Assembly: GCF_012562765.1 (NCBI RefSeq)
Contig: NZ_CP046226.1
Location: 210,001 to 242,000 of the forward strand
DNA from: Candidatus Saccharimonadota bacterium
GTDB lineage: Bacteria; Pseudomonadota; Gammaproteobacteria; Enterobacterales; Enterobacteriaceae
DNA length: 32,000 nt
Reading direction: 5' to 3'
In this document: in pieces, positions 20,495-30,623 of the stretch
Layout of the letters: each line of letters opens with the position of its first letter
Numbering within the stretch: the stretch's first letter is position 1
The notes under the pieces: generated by a model
What the model was told of the DNA's origin: nothing
Databases searched by the model: none
Seen by the model: the letters and a program-made list of their open reading frames with translations, nothing else
Program-made: the position numbers and the translations under genes

Positions 20495-21325
20495 ATGAAA
20501 ATAAAATTTTCAAAAATGCATTCATTAAGTAATGATTTTGTTGTTATAAATAACACAAAAAAAAAATATTATTTAGATAAAAATATTATTCAAAAATTAT
20601 CAAATAGATATACAAGTATAGGATTTGATCAATTATTATTAATAGAATTATCTAATAATAAAAATATTGATTTTCATTATCGTATATTTAATGCAGATGG
20701 TAAAGAAGTTAATCAATGTGGTAATGGAGCAAGATGTTTTGCTATATATGTAAAATTAAAAAAATTAACTTTGAAAAAAAATATATTTATTAGTACTAAT
20801 ACTAATATTTTACATTTAAAAATTTTAAAAAATAATAAAGTTTGTGTAAATATGGGTACTCCTTTATTTAATCCTGAATCTTTACCTTTTTTAGGAAAAT
20901 TAAAAAAAGATAGTTATTCATTATTTTTTAATAATAAATTAATTATATTCGATATTGTTTCTTTAGGTAATCCTCATTGTGTTATTCAAGTGAATAATAT
21001 ATCTGATATACCTATAAAATTAATAGGTTCTTTTATTCAAAATCATAAATTATTTCCTAATAAAGTTAATGTAGGATTTATGGAATTTATTAATTCTAAT
21101 AATATTAAATTACGTGTTTTTGAACGTGGTGTAGGTGAAACTAATGCATGTGGTACAGGAGCCTGTGCTGCTGTAGCTATAGGTATAAAAAAAAAATTAT
21201 TATCTGATAAAGTTAAAGTTGATTTAATAGGTGGATCTTTAGATATAAAATGGAAAGGTAAGAATAGTCATATATTCATGAAAGGTGATGCTCACTATAT
21301 TTATGATGGAGAAATAGATTTATAA
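20495..21325 (+). CDS. dapF: diaminopimelate epimerase
   Basis: The 276-aa ORF has FSKMHSLSNDF, FHYRIFNADGKEVNQCGNGARCFA (catalytic Cys), SLGNPHCV and ETNACGTGACAA (second catalytic Cys), collinear with E. coli DapF (274 aa). Confidence 0.95.
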   Translation: MKIKFSKMHSLSNDFVVINNTKKKYYLDKNIIQKLSNRYTSIGFDQLLLIELSNNKNIDFHYRIFNADGKEVNQCGNGARCFAIYVKLKKLTLKKNIFISTNTNILHLKILKNNKVCVNMGTPLFNPESLPFLGKLKKDSYSLFFNNKLIIFDIVSLGNPHCVIQVNNISDIPIKLIGSFIQNHKLFPNKVNVGFMEFINSNNIKLRVFERGVGETNACGTGACAAVAIGIKKKLLSDKVKVDLIGGSLDIKWKGKNSHIFMKGDAHYIYDGEIDL

Positions 21326-21378
21326 TCTAATTATACAATTAATTTTAAAATTTTTATTATAATGGTCTATAAAAATAA

Positions 21379-23556
21379 ATGCATATTATAAAATTATTAA
21401 ATAATTTAAATGATAAACAAAAAAAAGTAGTATCTTCCATTCGTAAAAATTTATTAGTGTTAGCAGGAGCTGGAAGTGGAAAAACACTTGTATTAGTTCG
21501 TAGAATAGCATGGTTAATATCAATTGAACATTGTTCACCAAAATCTATTTTAGCTGTAACTTTTACCAATAAAGCTGCTAAAGAAATAAAAAATAGAGTA
21601 TCACAATTAATTGATAATAAAGAACAACAAGATGTTTGGATAGGAACTTTTCATAGTTTTGCTTATTATCTACTTAGAATACATTATTTAGAAGCAAAAT
21701 TACCTAAAAATTTTCAAATAATAGATAATGAAGATCAAAAACGTTTAATAAAACGTATTATTAAAATAATGAATTTAAATATAAATGAAAAAAAATATTC
21801 AATTAATTATATTATTAAAATTATTAATCAAATTAAAAATAATTGTATTAATTATAATAAAAATAATATTATGGATATTCCAATTTATGAAATATATAAT
21901 GAATATCAAAATTTATGTAAAATTAATGGCGTTGTAGATTTTAATGAATTAATTTTTAGATTATATAAATTATTTTTATATAATGAAAATATATTAAAAA
22001 TTTATCAGAAACGTTTTCAAAATATTTTAATTGATGAATTTCAAGATACCAATAGTATACAATATAAATGTATTTATTTATTATATAATAAAAATTATAA
22101 AATAAAAGTTACTATAGTAGGAGATGATGATCAATCTATTTATGGATGGCGTGGAGCAAAAATAGAAAATATTAAGCTTTTTTTAAAAGATTTTCATGAT
22201 GTTGAGACTATTTTATTAGAACAAAATTATCGTTCAACTAGTAATATTCTTAATGCAGCTAATAGATTAATATCTAATAATAATTCTACTAGATTAGAAA
22301 AAAAATTATGGACTAATACTAATGATGGAAAATTAATATCAATATATTTTGCATTAAATGAATTTGATGAAGCTGAATATGTTATAAATTATATAAAAAA
22401 TAATTTAATAAAAAAAAATATACAATTAAATGATTGTGTAATTTTATATAGAAATAATTTTCAATCACGAATTATAGAAGAAAATATGTTAAAACATAAT
22501 ATTCCTTATAAAATAACTGGAGGTGTAAGATTTTGTGAAAGACAAGAAATAAAAAATACATTATCATATTTAAGATTAATATCTAATTATAATGATGATA
22601 GTTCTTTTGAAAGAATTATTAATATTCCAAAAAGAGGTATTGGAATTATTACTATAAATATTATAAAATCTATAGCTAAAAAATTTAATTTTACATTATG
22701 GGAAGCAAGTAATTTTATTATTAATAATAATACAAATATATTAAATAACATTCCATATAATGCATTAAAAAAATTTATTTATTTAATAATAACTTTAAAA
22801 GAAAAAACTATTAATTACTCATTACCAATAAAAATTGAAGAAATTATGAAATCTTCAGGACTATGGAGCTTATATTTAAAAAATAATTATGAAAAAAATA
22901 ATACTAGAATAAATAATTTAAAAGAATTAATTAATGCAGCAGTTCAATTTATACAATTTACTAATATTAATAATAGCATAAATAAAAATGATAATTTAAT
23001 AGAATTTTTATCTCAAACTATATTAGAATATGAAGATAAAAATGAACAAAAAAAAGATAAAAATAATAATTTTGTACAAATGATGACTATTCATGCTTCT
23101 AAAGGATTAGAATTTTCTCAAGTTTTTATTATAGGTATGGAAGAAGGAATTTTTCCAAGTAAAGCATCATTAAATAATAATGAATATCTTTACGAAGAAA
23201 GACGTTTAGCATATGTAGGAATTACTAGAGCTAAAAAAAAATTAGTATTAACTTATGCAAAACAACGTTATTTTTATGGTAAAGAGATTAATTCATTACC
23301 ATCTAGATTTATAAATGAATTACCATATAATTGTATTAAAAAAATTAATTATTTAGAATATAAAAAAAAAACTACAAATATTAATTTTAATAAAAAAAAT
23401 TTTTATTTAGGACAAATAATTTATCATAAAATTTTTGGTAAAGGAAAAATTTTAAAAATTGAACAAATAACAATTAATAAAAAAATAAAAATATTATTTG
23501 ATAATGTTGGTGTTAAATGGATAATGTCTAATTATATTAAAATATATGATCAATAA
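21379..23556 (+). CDS. uvrD: DNA helicase II (SF1 UvrD)
   Basis: The 725-aa ORF (E. coli UvrD is 720 aa) has LNDKQKKVV, Walker A AGAGSGKT, DEFQDTN, GDDDQSIYGWRGA, EQNYRSTSNIL, TIHASKGLEF and YVGITRAKKKL. The C-terminal KFGKGKIL matches the UvrD tail rather than Rep. Its position between dapF and corA matches E. coli. Confidence 0.92.
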   Translation: MHIIKLLNNLNDKQKKVVSSIRKNLLVLAGAGSGKTLVLVRRIAWLISIEHCSPKSILAVTFTNKAAKEIKNRVSQLIDNKEQQDVWIGTFHSFAYYLLRIHYLEAKLPKNFQIIDNEDQKRLIKRIIKIMNLNINEKKYSINYIIKIINQIKNNCINYNKNNIMDIPIYEIYNEYQNLCKINGVVDFNELIFRLYKLFLYNENILKIYQKRFQNILIDEFQDTNSIQYKCIYLLYNKNYKIKVTIVGDDDQSIYGWRGAKIENIKLFLKDFHDVETILLEQNYRSTSNILNAANRLISNNNSTRLEKKLWTNTNDGKLISIYFALNEFDEAEYVINYIKNNLIKKNIQLNDCVILYRNNFQSRIIEENMLKHNIPYKITGGVRFCERQEIKNTLSYLRLISNYNDDSSFERIINIPKRGIGIITINIIKSIAKKFNFTLWEASNFIINNNTNILNNIPYNALKKFIYLIITLKEKTINYSLPIKIEEIMKSSGLWSLYLKNNYEKNNTRINNLKELINAAVQFIQFTNINNSINKNDNLIEFLSQTILEYEDKNEQKKDKNNNFVQMMTIHASKGLEFSQVFIIGMEEGIFPSKASLNNNEYLYEERRLAYVGITRAKKKLVLTYAKQRYFYGKEINSLPSRFINELPYNCIKKINYLEYKKKTTNINFNKKNFYLGQIIYHKIFGKGKILKIEQITINKKIKILFDNVGVKWIMSNYIKIYDQ

Positions 23557-23694
23557 TATTACTATAGAATTAACAAAATATTTAAGCATAAAATATATAA
23601 TTCTTTAAGATAATAATCTAAAAAATTTTTTATTTTTATAATTTTAATTATAATAAAAATATTTTTTATTCTTTATTATAGGAGTAAATGTAAT

Positions 23695-24642
23695 ATGCTA
23701 AATGTTTTTAAAATACATAAAAGTCGTTTAACACGCTTAGAATTAAATAATAGTGATTTTTCAGATTCTATCTGGATTGATTTAATTAAACCTAATAATA
23801 ATGAAAGAAAAAAAATATATTTTTTTCTAGGGCAAAATTTAGCTACTAGACCTGAATTAGAAGATATAGAAGCATCAGCAAGATTTTTTGAAAATGAAGA
23901 AGGATTACATATTCATTCATTCTTTTTTTATGAAGATATAGATGATCATGCAGGAATTTCAACAGTAGCATTTACCATTAAAAATGGACGTTTATATACA
24001 TTAAGAGAACGTGAATTACCTGCTTTTCGTTTATATAGAATGCGTACTCGTAATCAAAAATTAGTAGATGGTAATCCTTATGAATTATTATTAGATTTAT
24101 TTGAAACAAAAATAGAACAGTTAGCAGATGAAATTGAAAATATATATAGTGATTTAGAACATTTAAGTAGAATAATTATGAAAGGACATCAAGATGATAA
24201 ATTTGATAATGCTCTTTCAACTTTAGCAGAATTAGAAGATATTGGATGGAAAGTTAGATTATGTTTAATGGATACACAAAGAGCACTAAATTTTTTAATG
24301 AGAAAAACAAGATTACCTAATAATCAAATGGAACAAGCAAGAGAAGTTCAAAGAGATATTGAATCATTATTACCACATAATGAATCTTTATTTCAAAAAG
24401 TTAATTTTTTAATGCAAGCAGCAATGGGATTTATTAATATAGAACAAAATCGAATTATAAAAATTTTTTCATTAGTTTCTGTAATATTTTTACCACCAAC
24501 TTTAGTTGCTTCAAGCTACGGTATGAATTTTTCTTTTATTCCTGAATTAAAATGGAAGTATGGATATCCATATGCATTAATATTAATGATATTAGCTGGT
24601 TTAGCTCCTTATTTTTATTTTAAAAAAAAAAAATGGTTGTAA
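23695..24642 (+). CDS. corA: magnesium/cobalt transport protein CorA
   Basis: The 315-aa ORF is very close to E. coli CorA (316 aa) over long runs ([62 protein letters not shown] pore motif). AGGAG lies upstream of the ATG. It is visibly less AT-rich than its neighbours. Confidence 0.97.
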   Translation: MLNVFKIHKSRLTRLELNNSDFSDSIWIDLIKPNNNERKKIYFFLGQNLATRPELEDIEASARFFENEEGLHIHSFFFYEDIDDHAGISTVAFTIKNGRLYTLRERELPAFRLYRMRTRNQKLVDGNPYELLLDLFETKIEQLADEIENIYSDLEHLSRIIMKGHQDDKFDNALSTLAELEDIGWKVRLCLMDTQRALNFLMRKTRLPNNQMEQAREVQRDIESLLPHNESLFQKVNFLMQAAMGFINIEQNRIIKIFSLVSVIFLPPTLVASSYGMNFSFIPELKWKYGYPYALILMILAGLAPYFYFKKKKWL

Positions 24643-24806
24643 TAAAAAATATAATTTAATATTAATAATAATTTAAAAAAATAAATTTTTTATTCAAAAT
24701 AATTTTTATATAAGTATTTTTTTTTAATTATTAAATTTTAAATTAATAAGTAATATTAATTACTTATTTATTTATAAAATAAATATTTTTAATATATTAT
24801 TTTTTT

Positions 24807-24851
24807 AAATTAACATAGGAGAAATAAATTTAATTTAACCTATGTTAATTT
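24807..24851. terminator. 13-bp perfect hairpin in the convergent corA / permease spacer (possible shared terminator)
   Basis: AAATTAACATAGG (24807-24819) pairs exactly with CCTATGTTAATTT (24839-24851) across a 19-nt loop. On the plus strand the stem ends in and is followed by a T run (TTAATTTTT). On the minus strand it lies 40 nt after the permease stop but is followed by an A run. Function is unproven. Confidence 0.4.
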
Positions 24852-24890
24852 TTGATTATAAAATTTAAATTATTATAATTTTATAAATTA

Positions 24891-26336
24891 TTATTTATTT
24901 TTATTTTTTTTTTCATAATCTTTTACGTTTTTTTTAATTTTTAACCATCCTATACATAATATAATTACTAATATAGGTATAAATACAATTAAATATATAT
25001 AATTAGGATATTTAAAAAACATTGAAATAGTTACAAAAAAAAGAAAACATAAAGTTAACCAAGAAGTAAACGGAGTACCTGGCATTTTAAAATTAATTTT
25101 TTTAATTTTACCTTCATTAATAGCTTTTCTTAGTTTCATTTGACAAAGAATAATAAAAGTCCATGTAGAAACAATTCCTAAAGAAGCAATATTAATCATA
25201 TTTTCAAATATTTTATAAGAAAATTTATAATTTAAATAGATACCTAATATATAAAATATAAGAGTGATAATTATACCTACATAAGGAATTTTATTATTAT
25301 TCATTTTAGCCATTATTTTAGGAGCACAATTTCTAATTGCTAAAGATCTTAAAATTCTACCTGTAGAATATAGTCCTGAATTTAAACTAGAAAAAGCAGC
25401 ACTTAAAACAATAAAATTCATTATTCCACTTATATATGTTAAACCTATTTTATTAAAAAATGTAATAAAAGGACTTTCATAAGCTTTATATTCGTTCCAT
25501 GGCATTAAAAGAAGTAATAATAATATTGATCCTACATAAAAAATAATAATTCTAAAAATAATATTATTAATAGCTTTAGGTAAAATTTTTTTGGGATTTT
25601 TACATTCTTCTGAAGTTGTACCAATTAATTCTATAGAAGCAAAAGAAAATATTACACCTTGAATTAAAGATATTGATGAAAAAAAACCATTAGGAAATAT
25701 ATTATAATTTCCTTTTAATATAAAATTATATCCACTATTTGGCATATCATAATGGTAATAAAATATTATTGAACCAATTATAAGAAAAAGTATAATTGCT
25801 ATAACTTTTATTATAGAAAACCAAAATTCCATTTCAGCAAACCATTTAACTCCTACAATATTTATTGTTCCAATAATTATTACTACGATTAAAGCTATTG
25901 ACCATTGAGGTAAAAAATGAAATATATTCCAATAATACATATAAATTGTTATAGCTATTATATCAATAATACCAGTTATTATCCAATTAATAAAATACAT
26001 CCAACCGCATATATATGCTGCTTTATTACCTAAAAATTCTGAAGAATAAGATACAAAACTTCCACTAGAAGGTCTATATAATAATAATTCTCCTAATGCT
26101 CTCATAATAAGGAAACAAAAAAAACCACATATTAAATATGCTATAATTAATCCTATTCCCATATTTTGTAATCTATATCCTGTTCCTAAAAAAAAACCAG
26201 ATCCAATTGCACCACCAAGTGAAATCATTTGTATATGACGATTAGTTAATACTTGATTATATTTAGATGTTTGATTATTTAAATTATGCCTATCAACATC
26301 TATTTTTTTTTTAATATCCTTTTTATTTTTTATCAT
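24891..26336 (-). CDS. ansP: APC-superfamily amino-acid permease, closest in my recollection to L-asparagine permease AnsP
   Basis: The 481-aa, approximately 12-TM ORF has NRHIQMISLGGAIGSGFFLG, LGELLLYRPSSGSFVSYSSEFLGNKAAY..GWMYFINW, VKWFAEMEFWF, SPFITFF and CQMKLRKAINEGK...FKMPGTPFTSWLTL. These track E. coli AnsP more closely than CycA, AroP or ProY as I remember them. Family assignment is secure; the substrate is inferred. Confidence 0.7.
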   Translation of the reverse strand: MIKNKKDIKKKIDVDRHNLNNQTSKYNQVLTNRHIQMISLGGAIGSGFFLGTGYRLQNMGIGLIIAYLICGFFCFLIMRALGELLLYRPSSGSFVSYSSEFLGNKAAYICGWMYFINWIITGIIDIIAITIYMYYWNIFHFLPQWSIALIVVIIIGTINIVGVKWFAEMEFWFSIIKVIAIILFLIIGSIIFYYHYDMPNSGYNFILKGNYNIFPNGFFSSISLIQGVIFSFASIELIGTTSEECKNPKKILPKAINNIIFRIIIFYVGSILLLLLLMPWNEYKAYESPFITFFNKIGLTYISGIMNFIVLSAAFSSLNSGLYSTGRILRSLAIRNCAPKIMAKMNNNKIPYVGIIITLIFYILGIYLNYKFSYKIFENMINIASLGIVSTWTFIILCQMKLRKAINEGKIKKINFKMPGTPFTSWLTLCFLFFVTISMFFKYPNYIYLIVFIPILVIILCIGWLKIKKNVKDYEKKNKNK

Positions 26337-26718
26337 TATTTATTCCTAATTTAATTTAATATTTATAATTAACTGGAAAATATAGAATAATAAAATATTT
26401 GATTAATTTAAAATTTAAAAATTTTATATATTTATATTAAATATAATTTTTTTATAAAAATAATTATATATGATAATATGAATTTATAAAAATTAATAAT
26501 TTCGTAAATTATCATAAATTATACATAATTTTATTAATTAAAGTATTATAAATAAAATTTATTACAAAATACCTACAAATTTTGTAATATAATTAATTTT
26601 ATTAAATTAATTTTTTTTAAAATAATTTAATTAATATTCATTATGAATAATATTTTTAATTATAAAAATTATTATTCATAAGTAAAATTTTTATAAAATA
26701 TATATTTTAGGATATTAA

Positions 26719-29415
26719 ATGAATAATTATAATAGGAATTCTACAAAAAATTTTTTAGATATAAATATTTCTTATATAGAAAAATTATATCAAAAATTTT
26801 TAATAGATCCTTATTTTGTAGATGAATCTTGGAGAATTTTTTTTCAAATATTTATAAATAATATAAATAATAATATACCAAATTGTTTTAATAAAAAAAA
26901 TATTAATAATAACTATAAAAATAATTTATATTTTATAGAAAAAATAAACCAATTAATTAATAATTTTAGAATGTTAGGTCATTATTATGCTAATATAAAT
27001 CCTTTACAACTTCATAAAAATAAATTAAATGATGTTTTAAATATCGAATATTATGGATTTAATAATAAAAATTTAGATAAAAAATTTAAAATAAATAATT
27101 TTTTGAAAAAAATGTCAATAATAGATATTTATTATTTTTTTAAAAATATATATTGTAGTTCTATTGGCATAGAATATATGCATATACATTATAATGAAAA
27201 AATTTGGATTCAAAATAAAATAGAATTAATAAAAAAAAATTTTTATGATAATGAAAAAAAAATTTTTTTAGAAGAATTGATAGCATCAACAACTTTTGAA
27301 AAATTTATAAGTAAAAAATTTCCAGGAGCAAAAAGATTTTCTCTAGAAGGATGTGATGTTTTAATTCCAATGTTAAAAGAAATAATACGTTATTCAAGTA
27401 ATAATCAAAATAACATAACAGAAATAATATTAGGTATGGCTCATAGAGGAAGATTAAATGTTTTAATTAATATTATGGGTAAAAAAATAAAAGATATTCT
27501 AAATGAATTTTCTAATATTATTACGGATAAAAATTATATAGATGATGTAAAATATCATATAGGATATAATTGTAATATAAAAGTAAAAAATAAAACGATT
27601 AAATTACAATTAGCATTTAATCCATCTCATTTAGAAGTAATTAATTCTATTGTTATGGGTATAACTAGAGCAAAAAATGATTTTTTAAAAGAAAATAATA
27701 AAAATGATAAAATATTACCTATAAACATACATGGTGATTCATCTATTGTAGGTCAAGGGGTTGTACAAGAAATTTTAAATATGTCTAATACTAGAGGATA
27801 TAGTGTTAATGGAACAATTCATATTATTATTAATAATCAAATAGGATTTACAACTTCAAATATTAAAGATACTAGATCCAGTTATTACTGTAGTGATATA
27901 GCTAAAATGATCCAATCTCCTATATTTCATGTTAATGCTGATAATATAGAAGATGTAATGTTTATATCTCGTATTGCTATTGATTTTAGAAATATATTTA
28001 AAAGAGATGTTTTTATAGATTTAGTTTCTTATAGAAGATATGGACACCATGAATCAGATGATCCTTATATAACACAACCAATAATGTATTATAAAATAAA
28101 AAATCATTTAATAGCTCAAGAATTATATTCTTCTAAATTAATTTTAGATAAAATAATAGATAAAAAAAATTATTTAAATTTAATAACAAAATATTATAAT
28201 TTATTTAATAAAGGTAATTATATAATCAAAACTAATTTAATTAAAAATAATCAATATAAATTAATTAAACAAAAAATTATTAATGAAACATATTTAAAAA
28301 ATTTACTAATTAAAATTAGTACTATTCCGAAAAATTTTAATGCACATCCTAGAATAATAAAAATTTTTTCAGAGAGAAGAAATATAGTAAATACCCAAAT
28401 TGATTGGGGTACAGCAGAAAATTTAGCATACGCTAATATTATTAATCATGGAATTTCATGTCGTTTAACAGGACAAGATGTAAAAAGAGGAACTTTTTCA
28501 CATAGACATGCTGTTATATATGATCAATTAAATGGAAATTCTTATTATCCTTTAAAAAATATAGGAATATTTTATATATATAATTCTATTTTATCTGAAG
28601 AAGCTATTTTAGGATTTGAATATGGTTATTCTATTACTAATTTAAATACATTAACAATCTGGGAAAGCCAATTTGGAGATTTTTCTAATGGAGCTCAAAT
28701 TATTATAGATCAATTTATTAGTTCAGGAGAAAAAAAATGGAACTATAAATCAGGTTTAATATTAATGTTACCTCATGGTTATGATGGTCAAGGTCCTGAA
28801 CATTCTTCTGCTAGAATAGAAAGATATCTACAATTAAGTGCAGAAAATAATATAAAAATTTGTATACCATCTAATTCTTCACAAATATATCATTTATTAT
28901 GTAAACAAGCATTTAATATAGATAAAAAACCACTTATTATTTTTTCTCCAAAATCTCTTTTAAGATATAATTTAGCTAAATCAACATTAGAAGATTTAAT
29001 AAATAAAAAATTTTTTTCTGTTATAGATGATAATAAAATTATAGTAAATATTAAACGTATTATTTTTTGTTCAGGAAAAATATATTATGATTTATTAAAT
29101 TATAGAAATAATATAAAAGAATGTAATATATTAATTATTAGAATTGAACAATTATATCCATTTCCATTAAAAAATTTAAATAAGATTTTTAAAAAATATA
29201 AAATAATTAATAATATTTTTTGGTGTCAAGAAGAACCTATGAATCAAGGAGCTTGGAATTATATTCAGTATAATTTTCAGAAAAATTTTTCTTGTAAAAT
29301 TAATTATATAGGTAGAACTGAATCTGCATCTTCAGCTACAGGTCATTTATCTATTCATAAACAAGAACAACAAAAAATATTATACTCAGCATTTAATATT
29401 AATAAAATTTTATAA
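26719..29415 (+). CDS. sucA: 2-oxoglutarate dehydrogenase E1 component
   Basis: The 898-aa ORF (E. coli SucA is 933 aa) has the ThDP region HGDSSIVGQGVVQE, FHVNADNIEDV, GHHESDDP and WESQFGDFSNGAQ. AGGA lies upstream of the ATG, and sucB follows directly. Confidence 0.95.
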   Translation: MNNYNRNSTKNFLDINISYIEKLYQKFLIDPYFVDESWRIFFQIFINNINNNIPNCFNKKNINNNYKNNLYFIEKINQLINNFRMLGHYYANINPLQLHKNKLNDVLNIEYYGFNNKNLDKKFKINNFLKKMSIIDIYYFFKNIYCSSIGIEYMHIHYNEKIWIQNKIELIKKNFYDNEKKIFLEELIASTTFEKFISKKFPGAKRFSLEGCDVLIPMLKEIIRYSSNNQNNITEIILGMAHRGRLNVLINIMGKKIKDILNEFSNIITDKNYIDDVKYHIGYNCNIKVKNKTIKLQLAFNPSHLEVINSIVMGITRAKNDFLKENNKNDKILPINIHGDSSIVGQGVVQEILNMSNTRGYSVNGTIHIIINNQIGFTTSNIKDTRSSYYCSDIAKMIQSPIFHVNADNIEDVMFISRIAIDFRNIFKRDVFIDLVSYRRYGHHESDDPYITQPIMYYKIKNHLIAQELYSSKLILDKIIDKKNYLNLITKYYNLFNKGNYIIKTNLIKNNQYKLIKQKIINETYLKNLLIKISTIPKNFNAHPRIIKIFSERRNIVNTQIDWGTAENLAYANIINHGISCRLTGQDVKRGTFSHRHAVIYDQLNGNSYYPLKNIGIFYIYNSILSEEAILGFEYGYSITNLNTLTIWESQFGDFSNGAQIIIDQFISSGEKKWNYKSGLILMLPHGYDGQGPEHSSARIERYLQLSAENNIKICIPSNSSQIYHLLCKQAFNIDKKPLIIFSPKSLLRYNLAKSTLEDLINKKFFSVIDDNKIIVNIKRIIFCSGKIYYDLLNYRNNIKECNILIIRIEQLYPFPLKNLNKIFKKYKIINNIFWCQEEPMNQGAWNYIQYNFQKNFSCKINYIGRTESASSATGHLSIHKQEQQKILYSAFNINKIL

Positions 29416-29450
29416 AAAAATAAAATTTTATAAAAAATAGGATTAATTTA

Positions 29451-30623
29451 ATGAATATAATTAATATTATTGTCCCAGAATTACCAGAATCAGTTAATAA
29501 TGCTATTATAATTAAATGGCATAAAAAATTAGGAGATAAAATATATCTGGATGATATTCTTGTAGAATTGGAAACAGATAAAGTAGTATTAGAAATACCT
29601 GCTACTAATAACGGAATTTTAAATAGTATTTTAGTTGAAAATGGTAATATAGTACAATCTCAACAAATAATAGGTACAATAAATTTAAAAAAAAATTTAG
29701 ATCAAAATATTAAATTAAATTTGATAAATAATAAAAAAAAAAAATTAAAAGAAAAAACAAACTATTTTAATATAGAGAACATTACAAATAAAACTATTAA
29801 TGATTTTAGTCCCTCTATTCGTAGAAAAATAAAAAAAAATAATATTACTATAGAACAAATAAATAATTTTAACATAAATAAAATAAAAAATTTTAAAAAA
29901 AAAGAAGAAAATGTTTCATTAATTAATAATCAAAAACGTGTTAAAATGACACAAATTAGAAAACATATTTCTAAAAGATTAATGGAATCAAAAAATAATT
30001 CTGTAATGTTAACTACTTTTAATGAAGTTAACATGCAAAAAATTATTGATATAAGACATAAATATGGTGAATTATTTAAACAAAAATATAAAATTAAATT
30101 AGGATTAACGTCTTTTCATGTTAAAGCTGTTTCTCAAGCACTTAGATATTTTCCTAAACTTAATGCATTCATAGATGGAGATGACATTATTTATAATAAT
30201 ATATATAATATTAATATTGCATTATCAACAGAAAGAGGATTATTAGCTCCTATTATAAAAAATACTAACGATTTATCTTTAATTGAAATTGAAAAAAAAA
30301 TAAAAGAATTAGTCAATAAAGGAAATATGAATAAATTATCTATTGATGATTTATCTAGTGGTAATTTTACCATTACTAATGGAGGTGTTTTTGGTTCTCT
30401 TATGTCTACACCTATTATAAATCCTCCTCAAAATGCTATATTAGGAATACATGCAATTAATAATAGACCATTTGTATTAAATAATAAAATTAGTATTGTA
30501 CCTATAATGTATTTAGCATTATCATATAATCATTGTTTAATAGACGGAAAAGATTCCATAGGATTTTTATGTTTAATAAAACAATTATTAGAAGATCCCT
30601 TTCGTTTATTATTGAATATTTAA
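29451..30623 (+). CDS. sucB: 2-oxoglutarate dehydrogenase E2 component (dihydrolipoyllysine succinyltransferase)
   Basis: The 390-aa ORF has a lipoyl domain with VELETDKVVLEIPA (lipoyl-Lys). The catalytic core has TTFNEVNM, GNFTITNGGVFGSLMSTPIINPPQ and SYNHCLIDG, which retains the catalytic His and Asp of DHRLIDG. Confidence 0.95.
   Translation: MNIINIIVPELPESVNNAIIIKWHKKLGDKIYLDDILVELETDKVVLEIPATNNGILNSILVENGNIVQSQQIIGTINLKKNLDQNIKLNLINNKKKKLKEKTNYFNIENITNKTINDFSPSIRRKIKKNNITIEQINNFNINKIKNFKKKEENVSLINNQKRVKMTQIRKHISKRLMESKNNSVMLTTFNEVNMQKIIDIRHKYGELFKQKYKIKLGLTSFHVKAVSQALRYFPKLNAFIDGDDIIYNNIYNINIALSTERGLLAPIIKNTNDLSLIEIEKKIKELVNKGNMNKLSIDDLSSGNFTITNGGVFGSLMSTPIINPPQNAILGIHAINNRPFVLNNKISIVPIMYLALSYNHCLIDGKDSIGFLCLIKQLLEDPFRLLLNI

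Noticed and set aside
21357-21569. 70-aa minus-strand ORF overlapping the uvrD start
   Set aside because: It is antisense to the uvrD Walker-A region. It is explained by the uvrD frame and has no independent support.
26643-26681. 12-codon mini-ORF (MNNIFNYKNYYS) upstream of sucA that shares the MNN start with SucA
   Set aside because: It has no Shine-Dalgarno. It coincides with the inverted repeat arms, and its composition is indistinguishable from the surrounding spacer. The MNN similarity is expected from ATG AAT AAT in AT-rich DNA.
30191-30373. 60-aa minus-strand ORF inside sucB
   Set aside because: It is antisense to the conserved SucB catalytic domain, so it is a shadow ORF.
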